Made by a program: the position numbers and the translations under genes. A DNA stretch of 58,683 bases, taken from assembly GCA_964645915.1 (NCBI GenBank), contig CAZYDH010000009.1, positions 1-58,683 on the forward strand, in the 5' to 3' direction. The notes under the pieces are model-generated. The model did not search any database and had not been told where the DNA came from. It was given only the letters and a program-made list of their open reading frames with translations. The DNA is from an uncultured bacterium (GTDB taxonomy: Bacteria; Fidelibacterota; Marinisomatia; Marinisomatales; JACNKV01). Position 1 is the first letter of the stretch. The number at the start of each line of letters is the position of its first letter. This document shows positions 48,362 through 58,683 of the stretch, in pieces.

Positions 48362-49354
48362 TTAATTCTTTCTATTTAAGACTAATTCTGTAAATTGTTC
48401 TAAATAATGTTGTTTTTCTTTCGGAAGTATATTTATCTCGTTTCGTGCTATCTCTACATATTTTGAAATTAAAGAATTTACCTCTGAAATAAGATTACGT
48501 GACTCAAACCAATCTCGAAAGATCTGAACCGCTTTTTCTGTTCCTTCGGTCATCATTTTTGCTTTTATCTTCACCCACTCTTCCGGGTGTTTTTCTCTGG
48601 CAAAGATCGTTAACGCTGTTTGCTTACCTTCAGTGAGGTCACTCCCAAGACTTTTACCCATGACATTTTTATCAGAGAATATTTCAAGCATATCATCTTG
48701 GATTTGAAATGCTTTTCCAAGATTGATCCCAAAACTCTTTAAATGGTTATTTACATTTGAAGATTGATTACTTAAAACCCCACCTAATTCAGCGCAAACA
48801 CCCAATAACACACCGGTTTTCTTTTCAATCATCTGTAAGTATTCATTCAGCGTTACATTTTCATTTTTTTCAAACATTTTATCAAAGGCTTGACCTTCAC
48901 AGACTGTTAACGTTGCTTGGTTGAAGATATTCATTGCTTCAACGACATTCACACTGACTTTAGCAATCAGGAATTGCGATAAAATATACACCCCATCTCC
49001 GGCAAGAATTGCCGTAGACTCATCCCATTTTTTATGAATGGTTTGTTGTCCGTGACGAAAGTTGTCGTCATCCATGATATCATCATGGATCAATGTAAAA
49101 TTATGTAGTAATTCAACTGCTAATCCTGCTTGAATTTTATCTTCTTTTTTTACATCGAAAGCCTCACAGACTAAATGGACAAGAATAGGGCGAAGACGTT
49201 TACCTTTACCTCTTAAAACGTATCTTACCGGTTCATATAGATATTTCGGTTCATCCGGAATGGAAAGATTCTGTAACGCTTGGTTGGTTGATTCTTGGAT
49301 ATCTTTTATATATGCAAGAAATTTAGTGTCCAGTTTCAAGTTCGATGTGTCCAA
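48362..49354 (-). CDS. Polyprenyl diphosphate synthase
   Basis: GKRLRP, HDDIMDDD..RHG, KTG, FQIQDD. Confidence 0.92.
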   Translation of the reverse strand: MDTSNLKLDTKFLAYIKDIQESTNQALQNLSIPDEPKYLYEPVRYVLRGKGKRLRPILVHLVCEAFDVKKEDKIQAGLAVELLHNFTLIHDDIMDDDNFRHGQQTIHKKWDESTAILAGDGVYILSQFLIAKVSVNVVEAMNIFNQATLTVCEGQAFDKMFEKNENVTLNEYLQMIEKKTGVLLGVCAELGGVLSNQSSNVNNHLKSFGINLGKAFQIQDDMLEIFSDKNVMGKSLGSDLTEGKQTALTIFAREKHPEEWVKIKAKMMTEGTEKAVQIFRDWFESRNLISEVNSLISKYVEIARNEINILPKEKQHYLEQFTELVLNRKN

Positions 49355-50693
49355 TCGTTTGTAATTTAGTTAAAACCAAGTCTTTAATTTCTTCCATTCG
49401 TTCTGTTGTATTTGCTTCAAAACGACAGACAATGACAGGCTGAGTATTCGATGCTCTAACCAAGCCCCATCCGTCACCAAATTTGATACGAACTCCATCA
49501 ATTGTACTACATTTATAGTTTTCAGAAAAATATTTCGCAGCTTCTTCAGCTATACGGAATTTTTCAACATCCGAGTCACAAGCTAATCTCATTTCAGGTG
49601 TAGAATAATACTTCGGAATTTCTGAAGCAATTTCTGAAAGTTTCAGATCAGAACGGGATACAAGTTGTATCAATCTAGCTGCAACATAAATTGCGTCATC
49701 GAAACCAAAAAAATCATCAGCAAAAAAGATATGACCACTCATTTCTCCACCTAATTTGCATTTTAGGTCAGCCATTTTTTGTTTTACCAGTGAGTGTCCG
49801 GTTTTCCACATGACCGGTTCCCCTCCATATTTAATGATCATATCCTCTAAAGCTTGCGAACATTTAACATCAAAAAGAATTTTATCTCCTTTAGATAATA
49901 TTTCAGGAAGGAAGAGTGCCATTAGTTGATCGGCCCAAATTATCTCACCTTTATCATCTACCACACCTACACGATCGGCATCACCATCAAACGCAACACC
50001 GACATCGTAGTGGCCTTCTTCCATCAATTTAATGACGTCAACTAAATTTTCTTCAACAGTAGGATCCGGATGATGATTTGGGAACCTACCATCAACATCA
50101 CAATATAACTCCATAACATCAATATTCATTTTTTTGAAGATTTCCGGTGCCATCAATGCAGCCGCTGCGTTTCCGCAGTCCATAACCACTTTCATCGGTT
50201 TTTCTATAGATATTTTCTCCACGAGCATATCAATATATTCAGACCGAATGTCATATCTTGTCTCTGTTCCTTCTCCTTCTTCAAAATCGTTTGTATCGAT
50301 CAGGTTTTTAATGTGTCGTATCGCATCGCCAAAAACGGGTTTTTTGAATAACGACATTTTAAAACCATTAAATTCAGGTGGATTATGACTCCCTGTGATT
50401 TGAGTAGCTCCATCAACATCAAGTTTGAACATGCTATAGTAATTAGCCGGTGTTGGTAATAAACCTAAAACGATTACATCCACGCCAGTTGAAAGAACTC
50501 CATCTTTAAATTGAGCCATCAAATTTGGGGTTGTAAGACGAACGTCTCCACTTAAGGTAATCTCTTTTCCTCCATTTCGGCGGACATAGGTACCAAAACC
50601 TTTACCTAATAATTCAACAACTTCCGGAGGAAAATCCTCTACGACATTCCCTCGGATATCATATTCACGAAAAATAAATGGATTTATATTCAT
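49323..50693 (-). CDS. Phosphomannomutase/phosphoglucomutase
   Basis: FREYDIRG, TGSHNP, DGDADR, GEMSGH, RASNTQP. Confidence 0.93.
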   Translation of the reverse strand: MNINPFIFREYDIRGNVVEDFPPEVVELLGKGFGTYVRRNGGKEITLSGDVRLTTPNLMAQFKDGVLSTGVDVIVLGLLPTPANYYSMFKLDVDGATQITGSHNPPEFNGFKMSLFKKPVFGDAIRHIKNLIDTNDFEEGEGTETRYDIRSEYIDMLVEKISIEKPMKVVMDCGNAAAALMAPEIFKKMNIDVMELYCDVDGRFPNHHPDPTVEENLVDVIKLMEEGHYDVGVAFDGDADRVGVVDDKGEIIWADQLMALFLPEILSKGDKILFDVKCSQALEDMIIKYGGEPVMWKTGHSLVKQKMADLKCKLGGEMSGHIFFADDFFGFDDAIYVAARLIQLVSRSDLKLSEIASEIPKYYSTPEMRLACDSDVEKFRIAEEAAKYFSENYKCSTIDGVRIKFGDGWGLVRASNTQPVIVCRFEANTTERMEEIKDLVLTKLQTIGHIELETGH

Positions 50694-50768
50694 CAAATCA
50701 CCTTCATACTTATAATTATTTTAATCAAATTGAAATTTTCATTATTAAATCAGAAGGCAAAATTACAA

Positions 50769-51671
50769 TTAATCATCAATATCTCCTATTACAGCTCGCA
50801 AGTTTCCATTGTGTTTTTTCATCATTTTTTCCGCTTCAGTTCTGCTGACTTTCTGTAATACCATCACTAAAGCAATTTTAACCGAACCCTTTGCATCTTT
50901 TAATGCATTTGAAGCTTTTTCAGTCGACAATTCAGTTAATTGTTCAATAATTCTTATGGCTCTATCCTGCAATTTATCATTCACTACCTGAAGATCGACC
51001 ATTAGATTTCCATATACTTTTCCTAATCGGATCATGGTTGCAGTTGAAATTATATTTAGCACCATTTTGGTAGCAGTTCCTGATTTCATCCTTGTCGATC
51101 CTGTGATAATCTCTGGTCCGACAACTACCGAAATTAGCACATCCACATCTACAGGGATCAGCGGTTTTGGATTACAAATGATATAAGCGGTTTTACATGC
51201 AATAGACTTTGCATAATTCAAACCGGAGACAACATAAGGAGTTGCACCACTGCTTGCAATCCCTATGAGATAATCTCCCTTTTTTAAATTAGCATTTTTT
51301 AGATCACGAATAGCATCTTCCGGTTGATCTTCTGCACCTTCAATTGAACGAACCAATGCATCCTTCCCTCCTGCAATAATTCCTTGAAACCAATCTTTTG
51401 GAGTTGAGTATGTCGGAGGCATTTCAGCGGCATCCAGTACTCCTAAACGTCCACTCGTACCAGCACCAAGATAAAAGATACGATTTCCTTTTCTAATTGT
51501 TGCAACTGCAATCTCTACAGCATCATTAATTTGAGGAAGTATTTTAGACACATTTTCTGCAATTGATCTATCTTGTTGATTGATGATATTTAGTATATCA
51601 ATTGTCGAACAAGAATCAATCTTTTTCGAAGCGATATTTTGTTTTTCTGTGAGGAGATCTTTACGTTTCAT
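50769..51671 (-). CDS. murQ: N-acetylmuramic acid 6-phosphate etherase
   Basis: GAGTSGRLGVLDA, EGAED, GPEIITGSTRMKSGTATK, GNLMVD. Confidence 0.95.
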   Translation of the reverse strand: MKRKDLLTEKQNIASKKIDSCSTIDILNIINQQDRSIAENVSKILPQINDAVEIAVATIRKGNRIFYLGAGTSGRLGVLDAAEMPPTYSTPKDWFQGIIAGGKDALVRSIEGAEDQPEDAIRDLKNANLKKGDYLIGIASSGATPYVVSGLNYAKSIACKTAYIICNPKPLIPVDVDVLISVVVGPEIITGSTRMKSGTATKMVLNIISTATMIRLGKVYGNLMVDLQVVNDKLQDRAIRIIEQLTELSTEKASNALKDAKGSVKIALVMVLQKVSRTEAEKMMKKHNGNLRAVIGDIDD

Positions 51672-51683
51672 TTCAGTGTAATT

Positions 51684-53054
51684 CTATGATATCTTTGCAA
51701 AATATTTTTTTGATTCTTCTATTACTTTTGGTGATAATATAATAGCAGAGATCATCGTTGGGATTGCCATTACAGCAAACATACCATCTAAAATATTAAT
51801 CACCATATCAATGGATATCACTGCTCCAAAAACGATTGCAATGATATAAAAATAATTATAGTATTTCTTCCATTTTGTTCCGAAGAGATATCCGGTACAT
51901 TTACACCCATAATAGGAATATCCGATCATCGTGGTAGTGCTAAAAACAATAACTGCAGTCATTAGTAACCATCGACCAAGGTCACCTAATTCCTGATAAA
52001 ATGCTTGAGTTGTTAACGTCACTCCGTTTGCTTCTCCGCCTTGCCACAATCCTGATGATAAAATGACAATTCCGGTAATTGAACAGACAATGATTGTATC
52101 GATAAAAGGTCCGATCATTGCGACAAGACCTTCTCTCACAGGTTCAGTCGTTTTTGCAGCCCCGTGGGCCATAGCTTCTGTTCCGATACCTGCTTCATTT
52201 GAAAATGCAGCTCGACGTACCCCCATAATGATCACGCTGCCTACCGCTCCGCCTAATACCGCATTTCCTGAAAAGGCATCACTTAAAATCAAGCTGAACA
52301 AAGTGGGGATTTCTTCAAAATGCTTTAGAATAATCAATAAACCTGCAAACATATAGACTAATACCATAAATGGAACTAAACGTGAAGCAACATATCCAAT
52401 TCTCTTTATCCCGCCAATTATGACAATTCCCACTAAAACTGCAACGATGATCCCGACAAGTAAATTGCCTGTGATGGCAGAATCAAGAAAATATCCATTC
52501 GGAACGAAAATTTCATCTCGAATGATCTGTGTTAGCTGATTGGCTTGAAACAATGATAAACAACCGATTAAACCGGCAATACTGAATAACACGGCCAAAA
52601 TTCTAAATCGAGGTGTTAATCCGGTTTCAATCACATACATGGGTCCTCCTTGTATATCTCCCCGATCGTCTTTCCCTCTATATAAGATGCTTAGTGTTGA
52701 TGTGAAGAATTTCGTAGCCATTCCAAATATCGCACTCACCCACATCCAAAATAAGGCTCCCGGACCTCCCATATGGATTGCAACTGCCACACCGGATATA
52801 TTTCCCATACCGACCGTGCTGGCTAATGCGCTTGATAACGCTTGAAAATGGGTTATATCTCCCGGATCTCCTTCTTTGTTATACTTGCCACTGAGAATTT
52901 GAATTGAGTGCTTAAAATACCGAAAAGGAATAAAACGACAATAAATGGTGAAGAACACTCCTCCACCGACTAATAATACTAAAAGTGGGGTTCCCCACAT
53001 AAAATCCGCAAATTGACTCGCAGACTCATCAAGAAATTGATAAAAAGATTTCAT
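51684..53054 (-). CDS. Alanine/glycine:cation symporter (AGCS)
   Basis: FQALSSALASTVGMGNI, GGPGALFWMW, GGPMY, FSNEAGIG. Confidence 0.93.
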   Translation of the reverse strand: MKSFYQFLDESASQFADFMWGTPLLVLLVGGGVFFTIYCRFIPFRYFKHSIQILSGKYNKEGDPGDITHFQALSSALASTVGMGNISGVAVAIHMGGPGALFWMWVSAIFGMATKFFTSTLSILYRGKDDRGDIQGGPMYVIETGLTPRFRILAVLFSIAGLIGCLSLFQANQLTQIIRDEIFVPNGYFLDSAITGNLLVGIIVAVLVGIVIIGGIKRIGYVASRLVPFMVLVYMFAGLLIILKHFEEIPTLFSLILSDAFSGNAVLGGAVGSVIIMGVRRAAFSNEAGIGTEAMAHGAAKTTEPVREGLVAMIGPFIDTIIVCSITGIVILSSGLWQGGEANGVTLTTQAFYQELGDLGRWLLMTAVIVFSTTTMIGYSYYGCKCTGYLFGTKWKKYYNYFYIIAIVFGAVISIDMVINILDGMFAVMAIPTMISAIILSPKVIEESKKYFAKIS

Positions 53055-53143
53055 TTAGACTCGTTTCTGTTAAACCTGATTCCCGTTTGTTTATTATAGG
53101 ATAAAATACGGAAATTGCCCTATTCAAATCAGCGATTCATTTC

Positions 53144-54244
53144 ATGCGTAAACTAGATCACTATCTTATCCGACAGTTCGTGACCATTTTGGTCATGGCT
53201 CTCATCGGGTTTATTTCCGTTTTTATCATAGTGGATCTATTTGAGAATCTGGACCGCTTTATTGATAACGATGTCCCTATAGCACTTGTCATTTCTTATT
53301 ACGGATATACCATTCCTTGGTTTGTTAATATCGGATTGCCTATGGCAACGTTGATCGCAACGGTGTTTAGCGTAGGTATAATGGTGAAAAGAAATGAATG
53401 GACTGCGATGAAATCGACAGGGATTAGTCTGTACCGAGTTGCAATTCCTCTCATATCTATTGGGATTATCATCAGTATACTATCTTTTGAGTTTGATAAT
53501 AAACTTGTCAGTTGGGGAAATGAAAAACGTTATGACATAGAACGCACTCATATGAAAAAACGTTCTCGAAAATCTGTAAAACGTATAAAAAATTCGTTAA
53601 CAGATGTCTTTCTACAAAAGAAGGAAACAACCCATATTGCCTTAGCAAGATATACTGTTCCCAAAAGGACTGCAAAAGGGGTATACATTATTGAATTGGA
53701 TAATGGAGAATTATCTAAAAGAATAGACGCAAAATCCATGGCGTGGGTAGACAGTTTACAAATTTGGAATCTTCATAATTATTCGATAAGAACTTTTGAA
53801 GCCGGAGGGAAAGAAACTCAGGTTTCTCTTTCAGAGCAAGACACATTACTTTCTCTCAATTTCACTCCTGAAGATATTACTCAGCAGTTTAAATCTCCTG
53901 AAGAACTTAATTTCTCTGAATTAACTCAACGAATTGAGTTACTCAAAGAAAATGGTGTTGAGACAACACATTGGGAAGTATCTCGACATTTTAAAATTTC
54001 ATTTGCATTTACCAACATGATTGTTATTCTCTTTGGATTACCTCTTGTCGTTTTGAAACAAAAAGGCGGACTTTCCTTTGGAGCTGGAATGAGTGTTTTT
54101 GTGATTTTTTCTTATTATGCGTTTATAAAATTTGGACAATCTCTAGGATTTAAGGAAATATTGGACCCATTCATTTCCGCGTGGCTGGGAAATATAGTCT
54201 TTTCTTTGGGTGGTATTTTACTTCTACTCAGCGTCAGGAAGTGA
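53144..54244 (+). CDS. LptF/LptG-family LPS export permease
   Basis: KLDHYL, NEWTAMKSTGISL.R, AWLGN; 3+3 TM helices around a periplasmic domain. Confidence 0.9.
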   Translation: MRKLDHYLIRQFVTILVMALIGFISVFIIVDLFENLDRFIDNDVPIALVISYYGYTIPWFVNIGLPMATLIATVFSVGIMVKRNEWTAMKSTGISLYRVAIPLISIGIIISILSFEFDNKLVSWGNEKRYDIERTHMKKRSRKSVKRIKNSLTDVFLQKKETTHIALARYTVPKRTAKGVYIIELDNGELSKRIDAKSMAWVDSLQIWNLHNYSIRTFEAGGKETQVSLSEQDTLLSLNFTPEDITQQFKSPEELNFSELTQRIELLKENGVETTHWEVSRHFKISFAFTNMIVILFGLPLVVLKQKGGLSFGAGMSVFVIFSYYAFIKFGQSLGFKEILDPFISAWLGNIVFSLGGILLLLSVRK

Positions 54245-55666
54245 CACCGGTTCCGGAAGCGGTGCTGCTGGCGTTTCTGGTAATTGATTTTTCTTAGATT
54301 CTTTTCGTGAGCGGAAACTTGTTATTGCTATAGACGCGGAAACATTGATTCCTCTCATTGTATGAATCCATACACCATTTCTAAAACCAAATCCAAAATC
54401 AAATATAATCGGACCTTTGTGGACTCCAAATCCCATGGATAGTTCGGTTAAATCTGATCCACCCCATCCGAATCCTATTCGTAAAGGAATCGATGAAAAC
54501 TTTAAGTATTCAAGTCCTATAGACCATTTCCATGCTTGTCTGGAGTAAAAACGATTCTCAAACCCCGCAATGAGATCCGATGCAAACAAGTAATGGTCTT
54601 TTTTATATGATAATCCCATTCTGAAAATCGCAGGATAATTCGTTGTGAACGTCTTTATCTTTCCATTCTCATCTAAATTTCTAACGATTCTCTGCTCACT
54701 GTAAAATAAGGTATCATCCGATAACGAAGTCGCATTCAGCGAATCAATGGTATATGTATATAAAATGGCCATCGAATCATTTAATGCAGTTCCACCCCAA
54801 GAATTATGCCACAGATCATCATCTGTACCATAAATATTATCACTCCCGGCAAGGATATCTTTGGTAAGACTGGGTTTATTCCAATCAATCGAACCAATAG
54901 CGTTGATAATGGAGGCTCCAAACTTCCAACCATTGATATCATCAGACACAAATCCAATATCCAACCCTAAACCATATCCGCCAACTCCCTGTCGCATTAG
55001 ATACGTTCCTTCTCCGTAAATACTATCTCCGGTATTTTCAATAGTGGATGAACTGGAATCAGGATCCGCACCGAAATAGTATAATCCTTGCAAATATTTA
55101 ATCGTCACACCAAACGCAAAATATTTATACGGAACCGCAAAAGAAAATCCAATCTCGTTTACTCCTAACATTTCATAGTGCATCGTAACATCTACACTGG
55201 GGATATTTGCGTTTCCATATAACAGCAGCTTCATAATCCCGGGTGGAATTTTAACGTTATTCATTAAGACAAGATTAGAGGTTAAAGCCATATTACCGGA
55301 TGTATAATTCAAACCGGGGATAGCCATATGAAAGTCTTGAAAGAAAGATAAACCGTTATCTTCAAAATTTTTGTAAAACTGATCCTTTTCATCAGCATAA
55401 AGTGTATCTCCACTCAGACTGCTTAAATTTGCCAAAGAAGCCCAATTGTTAATAACACCAAAGTCTATTCCACCCAATTGAAGCATAAAGGGTTTTTCTT
55501 TTTGGTATGCTAACATTGCCGGGTTGTAACCAATAGAATAAATTCCATCGGCTATCGTGGTGTAAGAACCGGCTAAAGCCACGGATCTGGCATCACGTTT
55601 TGTTTGAGAAATCGCAACCGTTTGGATACAAACGAAGATTACAAATGTATATAACCAAGACTTCAT
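54224..55666 (-). CDS. DUF5723-like outer-membrane beta-barrel protein
   Basis: Signal peptide; DARSVALAG...NPAML; KYLQG, GLGLDIG, PLRIG amphipathic strands. Confidence 0.65.
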   Translation of the reverse strand: MKSWLYTFVIFVCIQTVAISQTKRDARSVALAGSYTTIADGIYSIGYNPAMLAYQKEKPFMLQLGGIDFGVINNWASLANLSSLSGDTLYADEKDQFYKNFEDNGLSFFQDFHMAIPGLNYTSGNMALTSNLVLMNNVKIPPGIMKLLLYGNANIPSVDVTMHYEMLGVNEIGFSFAVPYKYFAFGVTIKYLQGLYYFGADPDSSSSTIENTGDSIYGEGTYLMRQGVGGYGLGLDIGFVSDDINGWKFGASIINAIGSIDWNKPSLTKDILAGSDNIYGTDDDLWHNSWGGTALNDSMAILYTYTIDSLNATSLSDDTLFYSEQRIVRNLDENGKIKTFTTNYPAIFRMGLSYKKDHYLFASDLIAGFENRFYSRQAWKWSIGLEYLKFSSIPLRIGFGWGGSDLTELSMGFGVHKGPIIFDFGFGFRNGVWIHTMRGINVSASIAITSFRSRKESKKNQLPETPAAPLPEPVSLPDAE

Positions 55667-58515
55667 TTCGTTTTATCCCCTCGACCAAATAGTTGCTGAT
55701 TATGAGCTTGATTTTCAGGAGAAGAACGACCTACGACACTAAAATACCATCCGCTTATATCTTCTACTCCGTCTCCATAAACTCGAATTCTTACACTATC
55801 TGAAATTGTGTATGTACTGGGAGTCCAACTTAATGAGTCATTATTTGGAATATCGGAACTGATCGTTGCCCACTCAGGAGTCGTTCCAATGCCCCATTCA
55901 ACTGAGACGGTTCGTATATCTCCTAATGTATGCCAACGGATCATATACGGACTACCGGCTTGAAGGGTTTCACCACCATTCGGATCAGAAACAATTAACT
56001 CATCTTCCGGTTGATCTAACATCCCTGTACTGCTGATTTGTACGATAATTGAGGATTGAATTTCAAGACTATTTGATTGTTCCAAGTATACCGATTGACT
56101 ATCCGTACCATTTAAATTGAATAGTGGCATAACGAAATGTCCTCCAATATCCGTTAGTAATCGAATGCGATCTGTATTTACTTCAAAAGAAAATGATGTG
56201 TCACTTTGTTCTGAAATTGGATCCGGTAAAATGAAATACCACAATGTATCAACGTAGGCAAAGACGGTATCAACACCAACCCCTGTACTTTTGATTAAGT
56301 AATTCATTCCTTCAACACAATCGGTATAATCATCCATCGTATTGAAAATATGATAATTACCATTCGCAGGATTTAATTCCTCACAATTATTCACAACATA
56401 AATCTCAGTTGTTGGGTCCCATCCTTCCATAACGACCAATGTATCTCTTAACGCTATTAACTTTTCAGTCGTTATGTTTAGCGGAAAATATTCCTGATTT
56501 GAGAACAGTAATGACAAATTACCTCCAACCGGAATTGTGTTCGAGATATTGGCGTTTAGAGTTGCATTATATAAAGAACTCCGAATCCTGTTCCGAGTTA
56601 TATGATCCATATCTGCTATGTAAGAAGCGGATGCAGGAATAAAATACATTTCATCCATTTCTACTTCAAACGGTGCATGGATGATATAATTACCATGGAT
56701 AAACGTACCACCTTCAAGAACAACCCGTCCATCTATTCGTGCATCGGTTGTAATCACCATCCGTTCGGGATTGGCTGATAGAAGGTCTACAATAGATTTT
56801 CCTTCTTCGGCAACCTGCACCACCGAGTCAGAAGGAAGTGAATCCAATGGTGATGCATAAAAATAGGTGGTTGTTCCTTCTCTGTGTAAATGGATTACAG
56901 TTTTTGATGAATCATATAGCGAAATTCCGGTTGTGTCTATTGTACTGGCTACATTGACCAAAATGGAATCATTAAATTGCGGGTAGCCTACGATATCAAT
57001 ATCAACAGAAATAGGAGCTGAAACCGTGTTAAACATTTCAAATTCTAAACTCGCATCCGTAAAGTAGAGTCCATTCATCCCCTGTGGAATATCATCTACA
57101 ATATGACTTCTTGTCGGAAACGGTTCCACGATCATCGCTTCCAGAGATTCATATTTCTGATCATAGAATCGAATGGTCAATCCTAAACTTCCGATATTGC
57201 TTCCGTCTATTGGAACTGTGGCAGTTTGTTCAGATAGAGCCACTGATAAATCCATCTCAAGCTCAGTCAATGGAGAATCCGGATATAATGTACTACGTAC
57301 GGTATCTCCTTTTAGATCAAACGTATGTTGCTGAGTAATATTAGTAGATAAAACCGTATCAATCTTTATTTCCTCACTATCTGCGGTAAAGAAATTCTTA
57401 AAATCGAGATAAAAATCAATATCAAATGGATAGGTATTTTGCAGATTTGTTACCGATAACTTATTCACGTTTGGCGGAATCATCGAACCGGATTCATACA
57501 CTCCTTTAAATACTTCAATCTGTGACGGAAAAGATATCGGATCCAATTCAGGAGTGATGTCTGTAGACAGAATGCGAACTACAGCACTATCCGCTCCGGG
57601 AACACTCAGAATCATATTCAACTCAATATAAGCAGAATCACCGATTGTAACAACGACATCCTCTGTTGCTACGCCTACGGATAGATCCATATTATATGAT
57701 ATCCAACTTTTCAGTAATGAATTTGCCAGTGATGTCGTTTCAACCGATTGAGTATCATATGATATCAATGGATTATTATTATGCTGTGCCAATGTATCAC
57801 TCATAGGTAATGTATTTCCGGTAATGAGTTCAATACTGGCATTGTCAACAGATGTGGCAATACCCACATTGCTTACTGTTGTTTGAAAATAGCTTGAAGG
57901 GTTATTTCTTATTACCAACCCTGTCACTTCATCAATGATCTCTGGATCTTGTGGTAAGGGTAAATCATTTTCATCATAAATTTCAACAAGTATTTCTACA
58001 GGTTGAAAAACCGTATTGAAGATGTTTGCAATTTGTTGGTTCCATCCATCGGCACTTAACGTTCGGTCATCTATAGATGGGAACGTGAATGGATTTCCAT
58101 TGGTGTCAAAATAGGTGGCTCCATAATTGACTATGGGAATGATAAATGTTGTATCAAGAACATATGGTGGCATATCATAATCGATACTTGCAGGTGTACT
58201 GGGGACTTGTACTTCCAGATATCCATTGGGAAAGTTTACTTCCAAATATGAATCATCTACCTCAATTCGAGGTAATGTGCTTTCAAATATTAACTGGAGT
58301 CCGGTGGAGTCATGAGGAAAGATCATGGTAGAGTCCACAAGGTCTTCTATATAATAGGTATCATGGATCAAAGGGAATTCTATATCTACAAACCAAGTGG
58401 GTATTTCAAAGTCTGCAGGATTCTCAAATTCGCAACTCAAGGTTATCAAAAAGAGACTTGCAATCAAAATAGAATGCCACAAACGTTGGATTAATTTAAA
58501 TATTCGATGTATCAA
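55663..58515 (-). CDS. Large beta-rich lipoprotein with C-terminal Ig-like (PNGGE) domain
   Basis: Lipobox TLSC; SDPNGGETLQAGSPYMIRW; ATGA-coupled to the barrel gene. Confidence 0.7.
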   Translation of the reverse strand: MIHRIFKLIQRLWHSILIASLFLITLSCEFENPADFEIPTWFVDIEFPLIHDTYYIEDLVDSTMIFPHDSTGLQLIFESTLPRIEVDDSYLEVNFPNGYLEVQVPSTPASIDYDMPPYVLDTTFIIPIVNYGATYFDTNGNPFTFPSIDDRTLSADGWNQQIANIFNTVFQPVEILVEIYDENDLPLPQDPEIIDEVTGLVIRNNPSSYFQTTVSNVGIATSVDNASIELITGNTLPMSDTLAQHNNNPLISYDTQSVETTSLANSLLKSWISYNMDLSVGVATEDVVVTIGDSAYIELNMILSVPGADSAVVRILSTDITPELDPISFPSQIEVFKGVYESGSMIPPNVNKLSVTNLQNTYPFDIDFYLDFKNFFTADSEEIKIDTVLSTNITQQHTFDLKGDTVRSTLYPDSPLTELEMDLSVALSEQTATVPIDGSNIGSLGLTIRFYDQKYESLEAMIVEPFPTRSHIVDDIPQGMNGLYFTDASLEFEMFNTVSAPISVDIDIVGYPQFNDSILVNVASTIDTTGISLYDSSKTVIHLHREGTTTYFYASPLDSLPSDSVVQVAEEGKSIVDLLSANPERMVITTDARIDGRVVLEGGTFIHGNYIIHAPFEVEMDEMYFIPASASYIADMDHITRNRIRSSLYNATLNANISNTIPVGGNLSLLFSNQEYFPLNITTEKLIALRDTLVVMEGWDPTTEIYVVNNCEELNPANGNYHIFNTMDDYTDCVEGMNYLIKSTGVGVDTVFAYVDTLWYFILPDPISEQSDTSFSFEVNTDRIRLLTDIGGHFVMPLFNLNGTDSQSVYLEQSNSLEIQSSIIVQISSTGMLDQPEDELIVSDPNGGETLQAGSPYMIRWHTLGDIRTVSVEWGIGTTPEWATISSDIPNNDSLSWTPSTYTISDSVRIRVYGDGVEDISGWYFSVVGRSSPENQAHNQQLFGRGDKTK

Positions 58516-58597
58516 TGTTTAGTCTTTCCCTGCAATATCGTAAGGAAAATTCACTCTTTTTTTTGAGTATATCCAGTATTTTTTCTTTCCATATAAT

Positions 58598-58626
58598 AAA
58601 AAAGGGATGGTGAACCATCCCTTTTT
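58598..58626. terminator. Bidirectional Rho-independent terminator
   Basis: AAAAAAGGGATGG-TGAA-CCATCCCTTTTT. Confidence 0.85.
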
Positions 58627-58645
58627 CTTTTCTGTATTTTAATGT

Positions 58646-58683
58646 TTATTTTAATAAGATCAGCTTCTGAGTTGAGACTTGAT
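58646..58683 (-). CDS. 3' fragment of a probable T9SS type-A sorting-domain protein
   Basis: Minus frame reads ...QVSTQKLILLK-stop immediately before the terminator. Confidence 0.6.
   Translation of the reverse strand, partial: QVSTQKLILLK

Noticed and set aside
2622-58494. Numerous 60-160 aa ORFs nested in or antisense to long genes
   Set aside because: Shadow frames of well-supported CDSs, with no motifs
1-58683. CRISPR arrays, IS elements, prophage genes, tRNA and rRNA
   Set aside because: No regularly spaced repeats, transposase, integrase or phage motifs, or cloverleaf/rRNA signatures were recognised by eye

Overview
Low-GC, gene-dense bacterial window using the standard genetic code (TGA is a normal stop in several ATGA overlaps) and AGGAG-type Shine-Dalgarno sites. 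The PorZ-like protein, a T9SS-type C-terminus, a DUF5723-like barrel and many lipoproteins suggest an FCB-group organism, possibly Marinimicrobia-like (inference). Housekeeping blocks: PpiD-like chaperone, pruA, a cPGS/arginine-synthetase-like ATPase, sucCD-ndk, yceD-rpmF-plsX-fabH-fabD-fabG-acpP-fabF-rnc, and the AGCS-murQ-PMM/PGM-polyprenyl synthase-PGI/PMI run. Four signals stand out. (1) An ECF sigma/zinc anti-sigma/DUF6132 operon appears to carry two tandem unannotated selenoprotein candidates: a 48-aa membrane micro-protein (...LPKAGVPT-U-GVPH...) and an FmdB-family zinc ribbon ending GFS-U-G, each UGA followed by a SECIS-like hairpin. (2) An integrase-less cluster of attC-like sites brackets an HhH-glycosylase-like gene, a DUF6508-like gene and a 36-aa membrane peptide. 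(3) A candidate sRNA or leader with anti-SD motifs in its loop lies downstream of a perfect TGTGA-N6-TCACA box. (4) A putative peptidoglycan-salvage locus (namZ divergent from GT2-ROK-SpoIID-SSS-SDR). No rRNA, tRNA, CRISPR array, transposase or integrase was recognised. All family calls come from motif recognition, not database searches.
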